Virus record (IMG/VR): IMGVR_UViG_3300025087_001438
Location: 1 to 51,636 of that record
DNA: 51,636 bases
Strand: one strand, 5' to 3'
Origin: a virus
Lineage: Duplodnaviria > Caudoviricetes
Shown: in pieces, positions 18,404-27,353 of the stretch
Position numbering within the stretch: the stretch's first letter is position 1
How the letters are laid out: each line of letters begins with the position of its first letter
The notes under the pieces: model-generated
Database searches by the model: none
What the model saw: the letters and a program-made list of their open reading frames with translations, nothing else
Told to the model about the DNA's origin: nothing
Made by a program: the position numbers and the translations under genes

Positions 18404-19091
18404 AGTTAGCCAACTTTTCTAGCCACTCATTCGGATATTGTTCGTTCAACAACTTGGCGTTTGGTACAAGGCAGTGGCCGCCAATCTTACCTTCGGGGGG
18501 GTCAAGTATGTACCTCTGCGCCCAATTCTCCCCCAGTTCGTGATAGAGCTTGTTATAATCACGGTCAAACTCTTTGAGCAATTCAAAGTCCATATCTATC
18601 TTGTCGGCTACAGACTTTTCATAGTCAGTCCATATCAAATTAATTCCATACTTAGCTATAGAGCGAATCTTTAGAAACTCAGTGAAATCGGAATTAAAAA
18701 CTTGCCTAGTATTTATATACTTATCAGTGAACAAACCCGTGAAAAAGAATCCTTCTTCATTATCATTAACACCTATCCATCTAGGCATTGTACGAATACT
18801 AAGTTCTAGTTCTGGGTGGCGACCCTCGATAGGTGAGTGAACAGCACCTAGTATCTGTTTAGTAGTACCTATTGGGACGGTGGAGTAAATGATTGTATGA
18901 CTAGGGTTAAAACGGTGCTGATAAGTAATCACATCGTCTACAAACGACTCACTAAACGGGAAACAGATATGAAGCACCTCTAGCGGACTCATAATATCCT
19001 TGGATTCTAAATCTAGGGTTTGAGCATCTTTAAAGATAGCCTTAATAGCTTGTCCAATCTCCCCCATTCCCACAATTAAATGCTTATCCAT
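18396..19091 (-). CDS. Short UDP-glucose/GDP-mannose dehydrogenase-family protein
   Basis: IVGMGEIG (Rossmann), STVPIGTT, HSP, IGGHCL (catalytic Cys); start at ATG 19091. Confidence 0.8.
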   Translation of the reverse strand: MDKHLIVGMGEIGQAIKAIFKDAQTLDLESKDIMSPLEVLHICFPFSESFVDDVITYQHRFNPSHTIIYSTVPIGTTKQILGAVHSPIEGRHPELELSIRTMPRWIGVNDNEEGFFFTGLFTDKYINTRQVFNSDFTEFLKIRSIAKYGINLIWTDYEKSVADKIDMDFELLKEFDRDYNKLYHELGENWAQRYILDPPEGKIGGHCLVPNAKLLNEQYPNEWLEKLANYE

Positions 19092-19686
19092 GCTCCACCT
19101 CCACCGAGTATAAATCATGATAAGCATCTTTTCTGGGAAGGCGTTCGTGCGTCCACTTTAAGTTTAAAGAATCTAAGAATTTCTCCCACTTGTCTTTGGC
19201 ATAAACCGCCCCATAACCATCATCACCGTCATCATTTATCTGGTCTGTGTTGCCTAATCGCCAGAAGGTGAATATAACTAGCCTCCTAGCCACTCTCAGG
19301 GCCTCGCTAACGGGTGTTTCATAGCCATTGGTGTGTTCCAGCACATCTTGCATGATAACCACGTCAAACGAGTCGTCCAGGTGTCTGAGTTTCCTAACAT
19401 CACCTATAGAGAAAATTCTCATTGGTTTAACTCGCTGGTTGGCCACTCGCACAAACCTTTCGGAATAATCCTCCCCCCTATATTTAACTGATGGCCCGAA
19501 CTCTAGGAAATGCTCAAAATTATGTCCGGGCCCACAGCCTGCGTCTAGCACCCACTCCCCACTTTTAAGATACTTGCCTATAAGGTGTCTTAGGGGTGAG
19601 CCAGGCCCCTCAGAATACGAGAGCATATAGTTAGCCGCACCTTCATCCGTCGCCATATGCTTATCCCAAAAATTTTGGCTCTTCAT
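19084..19686 (-). CDS. Class I SAM-dependent methyltransferase
   Basis: VLDAGCGPG, DSFDVV..DVLEH, EALRVAR. Confidence 0.9.
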   Translation of the reverse strand: MKSQNFWDKHMATDEGAANYMLSYSEGPGSPLRHLIGKYLKSGEWVLDAGCGPGHNFEHFLEFGPSVKYRGEDYSERFVRVANQRVKPMRIFSIGDVRKLRHLDDSFDVVIMQDVLEHTNGYETPVSEALRVARRLVIFTFWRLGNTDQINDDGDDGYGAVYAKDKWEKFLDSLNLKWTHERLPRKDAYHDLYSVEVEHG

Positions 19687-20363
19687 GAAATAACTTCTCT
19701 CTTGAACATACCAACCAAATCGCCAGCCTCAGGGTCAAACTTTCCCAAGTCATTGACATAATCCTCAGTTGTCACATAAGTAGCATTGGGATTGAGATGA
19801 ACTCTGTTACCTGATGAACCAGCCGACCAGCCCTGACCCCTGCCCCTGCGCCAAAAGCCCAAAGATATTTGGGTGGAAAAATAGACCAAGTCATTATCCC
19901 AGGAGTTATTAGGCTTCAAATTATCAAATAGGGATTGTAAGTTCGCTAGGCGTATGACTGAACCAGGGATATAAGCTATCTGAACAGCATAAGGAACTGT
20001 AGACTTCTGTTCACTATTGGGAATCACCCCCTCCGTGTAATTATCCCCCAATCTATAGCCGTAAATCTTGTTTGACCAATCATTAATAGCTGTGGCCGAG
20101 GACATCACTGCCAGTTTTCTGAAATAGGGGCTTTTTTTGAACAGTCCCATCTGAGAGGAGAAATAGCCAGAATTGACCAAACAATCAGCCTCCACCATAC
20201 AGACGAAGTTCTCGTGCCCCGTTTCTAACCCCATAACAGCATCTATCCAGTCACTAGCCACTAGTAATTCCGAATCTATGTCCTTGAGTTCCCGATGAAG
20301 GTTTTCATAGGTCAGTTTGATAACGTTCGGTTCATGTGAGTCTTTTATGATGACACTAAGCAT
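19683..20363 (-). CDS. Divergent GT-A-like protein
   Basis: MLSVII N-terminus and a VCMVEADC DxD-like motif; cluster context; start at ATG 20363. Confidence 0.5.
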   Translation of the reverse strand: MLSVIIKDSHEPNVIKLTYENLHRELKDIDSELLVASDWIDAVMGLETGHENFVCMVEADCLVNSGYFSSQMGLFKKSPYFRKLAVMSSATAINDWSNKIYGYRLGDNYTEGVIPNSEQKSTVPYAVQIAYIPGSVIRLANLQSLFDNLKPNNSWDNDLVYFSTQISLGFWRRGRGQGWSAGSSGNRVHLNPNATYVTTEDYVNDLGKFDPEAGDLVGMFKREVIS

Positions 20364-21138
20364 AATAATTCTCCACATCTTGTTTAGAGGCATACTCCAG
20401 TAACTGAACCTTATCGTCGCCTTGTTCTAAGGCGGGGTGGTAAATATCGTTGTGTCCAGTATCTTCGGGTTTGAAGTTTTCGGGGTAGCCCCACCTATCA
20501 GTATCTGGAGTGCCGAATAAGTGCAGACACCGTACTTCCGTGGCAAAGGCCGTTTTGTAACCAGCCTCCCTGAGCTTGCCGCAGACATATTTTTCTTCCT
20601 GTCCCCTGCCTGGGGCTTCACGATGCCACCCCCCCACCCTAGAAGTAACTTTAGTGTCCATTATCCGGTAACTGCCACCTGGATGGGGAAAATCGACTAT
20701 TAAGTCATTGTCGTGTCCTTCGAAGATATTACCTGTGCCTATCATCACTTGGGTGCGGGCGGCAATCGCCTTATAATCTGGGAAATACTGCATCAGTTCG
20801 TAAAGTTCTTCCAACCAGTCCTTATCACCCTTCTTGGGCATAATCAGGCAATCATTGTCTACACAGACAAAGTAATCACTACGGGTACATTCTTGTAATA
20901 ATAGATTTCTAGCCGCCTCCAACCCAAGGTTAGTCTTAATCGGGATAAATTCGTCTATCAGGCCATTATCGTGGAGAGACTCTAGGAACTCAGGGGTGTC
21001 GCCGTTTGAGCCGTTGTCTAACACTACCAAGCGGAAATTCTCTCTGTTAGTGTTGCGGTGAATAGTGCGGATAACCAGCTCGGTCATTTTGGGGCGGTTC
21101 CAGGAGACAAGGTGTAAATCCAAAGGCTTAGTCAACAT
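20356..21138 (-). CDS. Glycosyltransferase family 2
   Basis: VSWNRP, VVLDNGS, NLGLEAARN, VDND, VGGW; start at ATG 21138. Confidence 0.9.
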   Translation of the reverse strand: MLTKPLDLHLVSWNRPKMTELVIRTIHRNTNRENFRLVVLDNGSNGDTPEFLESLHDNGLIDEFIPIKTNLGLEAARNLLLQECTRSDYFVCVDNDCLIMPKKGDKDWLEELYELMQYFPDYKAIAARTQVMIGTGNIFEGHDNDLIVDFPHPGGSYRIMDTKVTSRVGGWHREAPGRGQEEKYVCGKLREAGYKTAFATEVRCLHLFGTPDTDRWGYPENFKPEDTGHNDIYHPALEQGDDKVQLLEYASKQDVENYYA

Positions 21139-22006
21139 CGTATATCTCTCCAAAGTGTTCGTAGACTTCTTCGTGCGCCCGTGGATATTGAATGTATAAA
21201 AGGGCGTCTTTACTCTCGTCAGTTGGGTGGAGTGGTAGAGAATGGTTATCACGGGTTAAAAGATAGAACTGTAAGTGGTCATCACCCCACGGATTACCTA
21301 GTGATAGCCCATGGCGGTATACTCCATCCTGAAACGCCGTTTCCGGGTTTTCAGTATAGGTGTACTCCCAGTGGTCTCTTTCGGGGTCTATCTTCATCGG
21401 GAATTTAGAGTCAGCCGCAAACTGATAGCAGTTGACTACATCAGGAATACGATACTTGGGGTCAGATGCCCACAAATCACGGCGGAAAATAAATGACCCT
21501 GCCCCGATATGTCCGCTCCTGAACCACTCGTGCCCATCACCTTCAATTTTAGGTCTGAAAGTTCTTCTAATAGCCGTATGATGGTCTGGGTAGTAAACGA
21601 TACTGCCAAAGTTAAATATCTTGTAATCGGGATAGTCTTTAATAGCCTGATTCAGTTCTCTCAAGTAATGGGAGCTGTACTCATCATCGCAGTCCAGCCA
21701 GCACAACCACTCGCCCTTAGCTTCTTCCATACCCCGATTACGGGCAATAGCTCGGTTCTGATTCTCCTGATGAATTACCTTTATCCGCTTATCGCTGTCA
21801 GCAAACTTTTGCAGTATTTCAGGGGTATTATCGGTGCAGCCATCATCCACCAATATCAGCTCCCAATCAGGGAATTGCTGGTAAATTATTGACTTGATGG
21901 CTCTTTGGACTTCTCTAGCCCGCCAATGTCTATGTTCAGCATCCGTGACACCTTCGTCTTTGGCGGAGTACACAGGAATTATGACACTAAACTTCGGTTT
22001 TAACAT
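21128..22006 (-). CDS. Glycosyltransferase family 2
   Basis: FSVIIPVY, ELILVDDGCTD, ARNRGM..AKGEWLCWLDCDD. Confidence 0.93.
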   Translation of the reverse strand: MLKPKFSVIIPVYSAKDEGVTDAEHRHWRAREVQRAIKSIIYQQFPDWELILVDDGCTDNTPEILQKFADSDKRIKVIHQENQNRAIARNRGMEEAKGEWLCWLDCDDEYSSHYLRELNQAIKDYPDYKIFNFGSIVYYPDHHTAIRRTFRPKIEGDGHEWFRSGHIGAGSFIFRRDLWASDPKYRIPDVVNCYQFAADSKFPMKIDPERDHWEYTYTENPETAFQDGVYRHGLSLGNPWGDDHLQFYLLTRDNHSLPLHPTDESKDALLYIQYPRAHEEVYEHFGEIYDVD

Positions 22007-22130
22007 TTATTGTCCTATTCATAATATATTTGGTTACTTCTTCTTTGGAATGTAGTTTGACGGGCTTTTCTCCCTCAAAGTAAACTCTGTAAATACCCGA
22101 ACGAGACCTTCTAACCTTCGGTTTCGACAT
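21987..22130 (-). CDS. Small basic hypothetical protein (47 aa, not in the ORF track)
   Basis: MSKPKVRRSRSGIYRVYFEGEKPVKLHSKEEV...; fills the gap between two GT genes and overlaps both. Confidence 0.5.
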   Translation of the reverse strand: MSKPKVRRSRSGIYRVYFEGEKPVKLHSKEEVTKYIMNRTINVKTEV

Positions 22131-23418
22131 TTTCACCCGCCTTTATAAGTGGTTCTATATATCTTCTAAACGTATAATCCGGATTACGCTTTGTCCTGAC
22201 CCACGTTTTCGCCCTGAAAACCTTATCGTTCTCCGAGTAGTATTTCAAAGCCTTTGCCATGTCCTCATAATATCCATCAATATTCTCGTAGGTGGTATTA
22301 ATCTCGCCGTTATAACCCGAAATAGCAATGTTAGCCCCGTCAAACTGCTTATAAAGGGCGTTCTTACCGTATATTTGTCTGAAAGGGGCGAAGTCCTGAT
22401 TTAGAATAACAAAATTACCCTTCAGCATCGCTTCCTGGGCAATTAAGGAATAAGTTTCACTCTTACTCGCCAGTAAAAAGACATTAGACAGAGTGAACAA
22501 ATCCAGTACTATTTCGTGGGGGATTTCCATCTGGGCGATATCGTCGAACTCAGACATAAAGGTAAGGCAATCTTCAGCATCCTGCTCTTTGGCTAGTTTC
22601 TTCAAGTCTGCCCTGTAAACTACTTTGTCGTCACCGGTGGACTGGAAGTCGCAGAATACCAGATGGGCGGTGGTACCTATACGTTTCAGGGCGGCTATCA
22701 AGCGGACATTGCCCTCGGCATACTTACCCCTGTCTAGGCGGATTGGCAGTATCATCAGTACTTCCACATTACCCAGTTTCTTTTTATCGTATAAGCGCTG
22801 GACTAAGGGGTGCATACCTTCTGTCGGGTCGGTAGAATGGGGGACTTCAACCACTTGGTCTTCTTCAAAATTGAAGTTACGGGCTACTCTGGGAATATCA
22901 TAAGCGTTAGGATAGCAGATAATCGAGTTGGCGAAGGGGGAGTTCAGGGCTTCGGCGTATTTCTCACCGTACATATTACGTTCTTGACTAACTATTGTCG
23001 GATTAGTAGCTGAGTGAATCCAGTGAAGCCAACGAATTGAGGGGCGGTCTTGAGCTAGTTTTCGGGCGGCTAAGTTCAGTACCGTGTAGTCGGGTAAGAA
23101 TATTAAATCATGGGTGATGACCACTGCCCCATCAGGTAAAATGTCGTTTAATTGCTGGTAAGCTAAATCCACAATTTCCTCGATGTTCTCAGCTTTATCA
23201 CTAGGGTCATGTAGAGCGAACGGGTAAGTTAGTTTGGTTTCTATTCCATAGTGGGGGGTGTCTTCTGGTGGCTCCCAGCCTTCGGAAGCTATTAAAACGG
23301 GCTGATAGCCAGCCCGCTGAAGCATCTTAATCTGTTCCCCTACAACTAGTATTGGGCTGAAAGAACGTAGGTAGGTGGAGAAGTTGCTGAGAATATAAAC
23401 AGTTTTATTTGTTCCCAT
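22111..23418 (-). CDS. Glycosyltransferase, GT-B/GT4-like; first gene of the glycan cluster
   Basis: 435 aa; WLHWIHS, PIRLDRGK, SNVFLLASKSETYSLIAQEA (EX7E). Confidence 0.85.
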   Translation of the reverse strand: MGTNKTVYILSNFSTYLRSFSPILVVGEQIKMLQRAGYQPVLIASEGWEPPEDTPHYGIETKLTYPFALHDPSDKAENIEEIVDLAYQQLNDILPDGAVVITHDLIFLPDYTVLNLAARKLAQDRPSIRWLHWIHSATNPTIVSQERNMYGEKYAEALNSPFANSIICYPNAYDIPRVARNFNFEEDQVVEVPHSTDPTEGMHPLVQRLYDKKKLGNVEVLMILPIRLDRGKYAEGNVRLIAALKRIGTTAHLVFCDFQSTGDDKVVYRADLKKLAKEQDAEDCLTFMSEFDDIAQMEIPHEIVLDLFTLSNVFLLASKSETYSLIAQEAMLKGNFVILNQDFAPFRQIYGKNALYKQFDGANIAISGYNGEINTTYENIDGYYEDMAKALKYYSENDKVFRAKTWVRTKRNPDYTFRRYIEPLIKAGENVETEG

Positions 23419-23438
23419 TAACCCAAGTTAAACACCAG

Positions 23439-23453
23439 CACAATAGTCTGTCA
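23439..23453 (-). promoter_or_regulatory. Late-gene motif copy (TGACAGACTATTGTG) at the head of the glycan cluster
   Basis: Intergenic; 19 nt to ATG 23418. Confidence 0.7.
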
Positions 23454-23462
23454 AGCAGATTT

Positions 23463-23684
23463 TTAGACAGATGTAGTGGTGGAGGTCGAAGTACTGGTGG
23501 AAACTGAAGTTGAACTGCTAGTGGAACTGGTCGAGATTGAAGTTGAAGAACTAGTCGAACTAGTAGAAATGGAGGTGGAACTAGAGGTTGAAGTCGTGGT
23601 ATTTCCACCATGCCCACGCAAGCGAATGGTCGAATAGCCAGCGATTACACCAAACCATTGGCTGAGGTTGGCGGGCGAGGACAT
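23463..23684 (-). CDS. Small protein: ~28-aa head plus C-terminal Ser/Thr tract
   Basis: 73 aa; GGAGG RBS; ...GGNTTTSTSSSTSIS...TSTSTTTSV. Confidence 0.75.
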   Translation of the reverse strand: MSSPANLSQWFGVIAGYSTIRLRGHGGNTTTSTSSSTSISTSSTSSSTSISTSSTSSSTSVSTSTSTSTTTSV

Positions 23685-24032
23685 CTACTCCTCCTTGTAA
23701 TTGATTTGTAAAAAGTAGTTGTTGCCATTTCCAACCGTAGAAGTCACTTTAATGACTTCATTTCTAGCACCACTTATTACTACTGGTACATAACCTGATG
23801 CAGGGGTGGCGGCTGGGAAGATAGTATGGATAGTATTGTTGGAAGTCCCGAAGTAAACTCGGATTTTACCAGAGTTTCCCTCAGTGTTGATGTAAATACC
23901 TTTAACAGCCGCTAATTTACCCGACGTAGGGGTAATAATAGTTGCAGCTGTTTGGTTAGTGTCGTATTCGTTGGTGAAAGAAGTATCGAAGTCGTGGCGA
24001 TTAGCCACACCAGTTAATGATGAAACTGCCAT
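23685..24032 (-). CDS. Small beta-rich virion (head accessory) protein
   Basis: 115 aa; AAGGAG RBS; lies downstream of the capsid genes. Confidence 0.6.
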   Translation of the reverse strand: MAVSSLTGVANRHDFDTSFTNEYDTNQTAATIITPTSGKLAAVKGIYINTEGNSGKIRVYFGTSNNTIHTIFPAATPASGYVPVVISGARNEVIKVTSTVGNGNNYFLQINYKEE

Positions 24033-24108
24033 AATAAGTTCTCCTTTAGCTTAATTAGCAAGGGCGGGAAAGGGGCCGCAGCCCCAATCCAATCCCCATA
24101 TTTTGTTT

Positions 24109-24948
24109 TTACGGCGTGGTCGTCGTAGATGTTGATGTTGAACTCGTGCTTGAGCTGGTGCTCGAAGTCGAGCTGGAAGTACTAGATGTAGAACTTGAAG
24201 TGCTGGACGTCGAGGTCGTAACCGTCGTGGTAGACGTAGAACTTGACGTAGAGCTGGTTGAAGTCGTAATCGAGTACTCAGGCACATCATTGAGCGTCGT
24301 GCCGTCTGACCAGTTATCGTAGTTGTAAGCGATGATGAGAGCCGTGGTGTTATTCGGCGTGGTTGCCGGAGTTACCAAGTTTCTCTCAACCGTGCCACTG
24401 GCTACGACAGTTGGTGCGTTTTGAAGTGTCAGAGCGCCATACGGCGTGGTACGCGAATATACCTTAACAGTGGTGTTATTCTGCCACAACCGATGGTTGA
24501 CACCTAACTTGTTGGTCGTGCCAACCGAGAAAGTAGCTGCCGTGGATAGTTGGGCGTCAATATTGACGCTAGTGACTGTCCTAAAAGCTAGGTTCCCATT
24601 GACTGCGCTCGAAGCGTCCGCCGCAAAGCGGAAAGCTTCAGAGATAGTCTTGCCTTCAACGTTAGTACCTGTAATGGTCACGACTGATTCTTGAATATCA
24701 CCAGTCGTGCCGCCGGGCGTAACGCTCAAAGCTCGTGGCACATCAGGGTCGGTTAGACCGGACGTAATCGTCTGGTCAGCGCCAACCGTAGCCGCTGTAG
24801 CCGCCAAGATTGCGGTGGACGTTCCTGCATTAACCTCATTGGAAGTATCGGTGTAAGCGAAAGTTGTACTATAGAGGTTCTTGTAGTTAAACGTACCGAA
24901 AGTGTGGCGACCCGCAATCGGCCAGGTCTTTGCTCTGTAAATTGCCAT
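24109..24948 (-). CDS. Head accessory/structural protein with C-terminal Ser/Thr tract
   Basis: 279 aa immediately after the major capsid gene; PDVPRALSVT...VTITGTN; ends ITTSTSSTSSS...TSTSTTTTP. Confidence 0.75.
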   Translation of the reverse strand: MAIYRAKTWPIAGRHTFGTFNYKNLYSTTFAYTDTSNEVNAGTSTAILAATAATVGADQTITSGLTDPDVPRALSVTPGGTTGDIQESVVTITGTNVEGKTISEAFRFAADASSAVNGNLAFRTVTSVNIDAQLSTAATFSVGTTNKLGVNHRLWQNNTTVKVYSRTTPYGALTLQNAPTVVASGTVERNLVTPATTPNNTTALIIAYNYDNWSDGTTLNDVPEYSITTSTSSTSSSTSTTTVTTSTSSTSSSTSSTSSSTSSTSSSTSSTSTSTTTTP

Positions 24949-24967
24949 ATTTTTTTCTCCTTAATCC

Positions 24968-24988
24968 CCCGGGGCGGTTGCCCGCCCC
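24968..24988 (-). promoter_or_regulatory. GC-rich hairpin after the capsid gene (pause or mRNA-stability element; no U-tract)
   Basis: GGGGCGG-TTGC-CCGCCCC between the capsid stop and the next RBS. Confidence 0.5.
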
Positions 24989-25004
24989 ATCAGGTTTAGC
25001 TTAT

Positions 25005-25937
25005 TTAGCTGTTGTCTCCTAACGACCCGTACACGCCACGCCAATCACTCCAACCGGCACGGCATCGGAAGCCGTCCTTCCATTTAGCGACATCATTGTC
25101 GAAGTCGTATTCTGGACCCTGTAGACCAGTGTCTAAACGGTTAAAGTAGATTAGTTTGTGTTCGGAACTATCGAGCAGGAACCAAGCGGTATCGCTACCA
25201 CCAGCGCCACTGCCAATGCGGTCCCAAACAATGATTCTCAGTCTTCCCTGGTAAGGGTTAATGTCGTTGTTGGCCGTACCGACTCGTAGTGTAGAGTCAA
25301 GCAAGATTTTGGCTTCTTTTTCAAGTGCCGGTGGGACTAACAAAATGTCGGGGTTTATGCCGACTAATTGTCCCTTGTCGTCAAGCGTGCCGCGCATAGC
25401 AACTAAGGCGGTTTCTAAACTGGCCTCATTGAAGTCAGTCGTAGCCCTGTTGCTAATATCGGTTCCGCCATCGGTTCGGGTGTGAGTCGCACTAACTAAC
25501 GCTCTTGCATCACCGGCTGTAAAGGTGGCTTTACCGCCACCACCGGATGTAAAGGCGAAGTTAAAGATGTCAGCACCAATTTGGTCTTTAGTACGCATCT
25601 TAGATTTGGCCAGGTCGGATGTACCGCGCTTCATTACTCCGAAACGGTCATCGTCATACATCTCCTTAGAGATGGAGATAGCTTTCGTCCATTTCTGATG
25701 CGTGTAGGTCACATCGTACCCTTGCGCTCGGTCTTCGTAGGTCACTGGTGAGTTTTCACCGGTTAAGACGAATTGGCTCAAGCCCGATGCCGAGCTTTCA
25801 ATTTCTCGGTCTTTAGAACTGTTTTCAATGTTGAAAATGTTTTGGTACTGGGTCGGGACTTGCTTCAGCTCGTCACCGTAAATCTTACGGATATTTGAGT
25901 TAAGCGTGTCTGCCCAGGCTGATTGTAATTCTGCCAT
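25005..25937 (-). CDS. Major capsid protein (HK97 fold, Mu gpT-like)
   Basis: 310 aa; ENSPVTYE, ISKEMYDDD, PDILLVPPALE, TAWFLLD, GWSDWRGVYGS; follows scaffold and decoration genes. Confidence 0.9.
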   Translation of the reverse strand: MAELQSAWADTLNSNIRKIYGDELKQVPTQYQNIFNIENSSKDREIESSASGLSQFVLTGENSPVTYEDRAQGYDVTYTHQKWTKAISISKEMYDDDRFGVMKRGTSDLAKSKMRTKDQIGADIFNFAFTSGGGGKATFTAGDARALVSATHTRTDGGTDISNRATTDFNEASLETALVAMRGTLDDKGQLVGINPDILLVPPALEKEAKILLDSTLRVGTANNDINPYQGRLRIIVWDRIGSGAGGSDTAWFLLDSSEHKLIYFNRLDTGLQGPEYDFDNDVAKWKDGFRCRAGWSDWRGVYGSLGDNS

Positions 25938-25947
25938 ATTTTACTCC

Positions 25948-26421
25948 TTAAGTCGCTACCGGGTAAAAAGCATGCTCGCGGATTTTGAAGACACCCACAG
26001 AAGTATCGGTTTCCACCGGACTAATCTGAGGGTTGTACTCCAAACAGAGCAGCTGTCCCGTGCTTGAGGAGGTAGTACTGGTGTCGACCAATTGAGCACC
26101 AGTAGCCCCTGTCAGGTCAAAATATGTCCCGACATGGGTTACACCAAAAGTAGTTCCATCATTGTCGTTATCAATCAGATAACGCATCTCTGGGTCGACA
26201 ATGACTTCAGCTTTTACCGTACTAGCCGTGTTACCGGTAGCGGTTTCATTGCAGTAGCCTATAAGTAAGGCACCAGCAATGGTAGCCGAAGTAATTTCAC
26301 CAGAGGCAAAGTAGACAAAGTCGCCTTTGGTGACGGTAACCGTATCGGTAACTATAAACTCCATAGTTGTATAGTTGGTGCCACCATCAGTACGACCAAG
26401 TAGTTGTACTTGAACTGCCAT
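25948..26421 (-). CDS. Capsid decoration/cement-like protein
   Basis: 157 aa between scaffold and capsid genes; VTKGDFV...IG pattern. Confidence 0.6.
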   Translation of the reverse strand: MAVQVQLLGRTDGGTNYTTMEFIVTDTVTVTKGDFVYFASGEITSATIAGALLIGYCNETATGNTASTVKAEVIVDPEMRYLIDNDNDGTTFGVTHVGTYFDLTGATGAQLVDTSTTSSSTGQLLCLEYNPQISPVETDTSVGVFKIREHAFYPVAT

Positions 26422-26438
26422 GATTTACTCCAATTTAA

Positions 26439-27275
26439 TTATTTAACGTAGGGTTCGAGTTCCGCCCGTATCTCAGTGTCAGTTTTACCGGCTGCCCAGG
26501 TCTGTTTAGCGATGGCAATTTCAGCGTCAGTCACTTTGGACTGTCCAGCCTTAGGTTTGGTGGCCGATACGGTCTTAGACGATGAAGCCCGGTCTTTCAG
26601 GGCATTATCTAACTTATCCTTATCATCCACTTTGTCATTTGGTTGCCAATCGAGTATGACAGCCGCCTTGGCGTATAACTCTTTGGGAGGCGCCAGGCGT
26701 TGCTCAGAGTCCATAATGGTTCTACTGAGTTGGGCGACGGTGCGCGTAAAGCGCTGATACTCAACGGGGTCGGTAACTTGGGCATAATGGGCTGAGAAGT
26801 CCGCGTAAGCGCTTTTGAGTGCCTCGTCCAGATTTTGCTTCGCCCAAAGGCGTAACGGGTCGGACAAGTCAATCTCTTCAGTTGCCTCGGTCTGGTCTGT
26901 CGTTTCGGTTTTATCCAATTCGGCTTTCAATCGTAGGGCTTCGCCCGTCGAATTGCGGTAGGCCAGTTCCAAGTTTTTGCGGTATTCCTCTTCAGTATCG
27001 CCCGCGATACCAGAGAACTCTTTGACGAACGAAGTTTCCTCATCGGAAGTTTCTTCCTCCTCGGATTCTTCGGTTGCGACTTCGTCGGTTTGTCCTTCGT
27101 CGTCACTAGTTTCGGCTAACTCTTCTTCGGGTTCTTCGGCTTCAGGCGTTTCGTCCGACTCTTTCGAGCTTTCTACTTCGTCCTTGCCGTATTTTGATTC
27201 CCGGAGTAGCTCTTCAGCGTCTACTTCTTTGTCGTCGTCGACGACCTTCGGTGCTACTTTGGCTTTTGTAGCCAT
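26439..27275 (-). CDS. Scaffolding protein
   Basis: Very acidic N-terminus, coiled-coil, short C-terminal helix; position between portal and capsid genes. Confidence 0.75.
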   Translation of the reverse strand: MATKAKVAPKVVDDDKEVDAEELLRESKYGKDEVESSKESDETPEAEEPEEELAETSDDEGQTDEVATEESEEEETSDEETSFVKEFSGIAGDTEEEYRKNLELAYRNSTGEALRLKAELDKTETTDQTEATEEIDLSDPLRLWAKQNLDEALKSAYADFSAHYAQVTDPVEYQRFTRTVAQLSRTIMDSEQRLAPPKELYAKAAVILDWQPNDKVDDKDKLDNALKDRASSSKTVSATKPKAGQSKVTDAEIAIAKQTWAAGKTDTEIRAELEPYVK

Positions 27276-27311
27276 AGTGTCCTTTCAGTTTGTCTTTCCA
27301 GGCCAGCTAAA

Positions 27312-27353
27312 GCTGGTGTCTAAGGCCCTTGCGAGAGGGGCCCTAGGCATCAG
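27312..27353 (-). promoter_or_regulatory. Long imperfect hairpin upstream of the scaffold gene
   Basis: CTGGTGTCTAAGGCCCTT...AGGGGCCCTAGGCATCAG is self-complementary. Confidence 0.5.

Noticed and set aside
11670-21252. Long N-terminal extensions given by the ORF track (starts at 11765, 12628, 19127, 20393, 21252)
   Set aside because: They overlap upstream genes heavily. Downstream ATGs at 11669, 12562, 19091, 20363 and 21138 give short coupled overlaps and begin at the domain start.
5948-23418. GT cluster as a DNA-hypermodification or O-antigen conversion (gtrABC) locus
   Set aside because: Not favoured, though not excluded. I see no base hydroxymethylase, TET/JBP or phage polymerase to supply modified bases, and no flippase or multi-TM GT. 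The cluster lies in the structural region behind the late motif.
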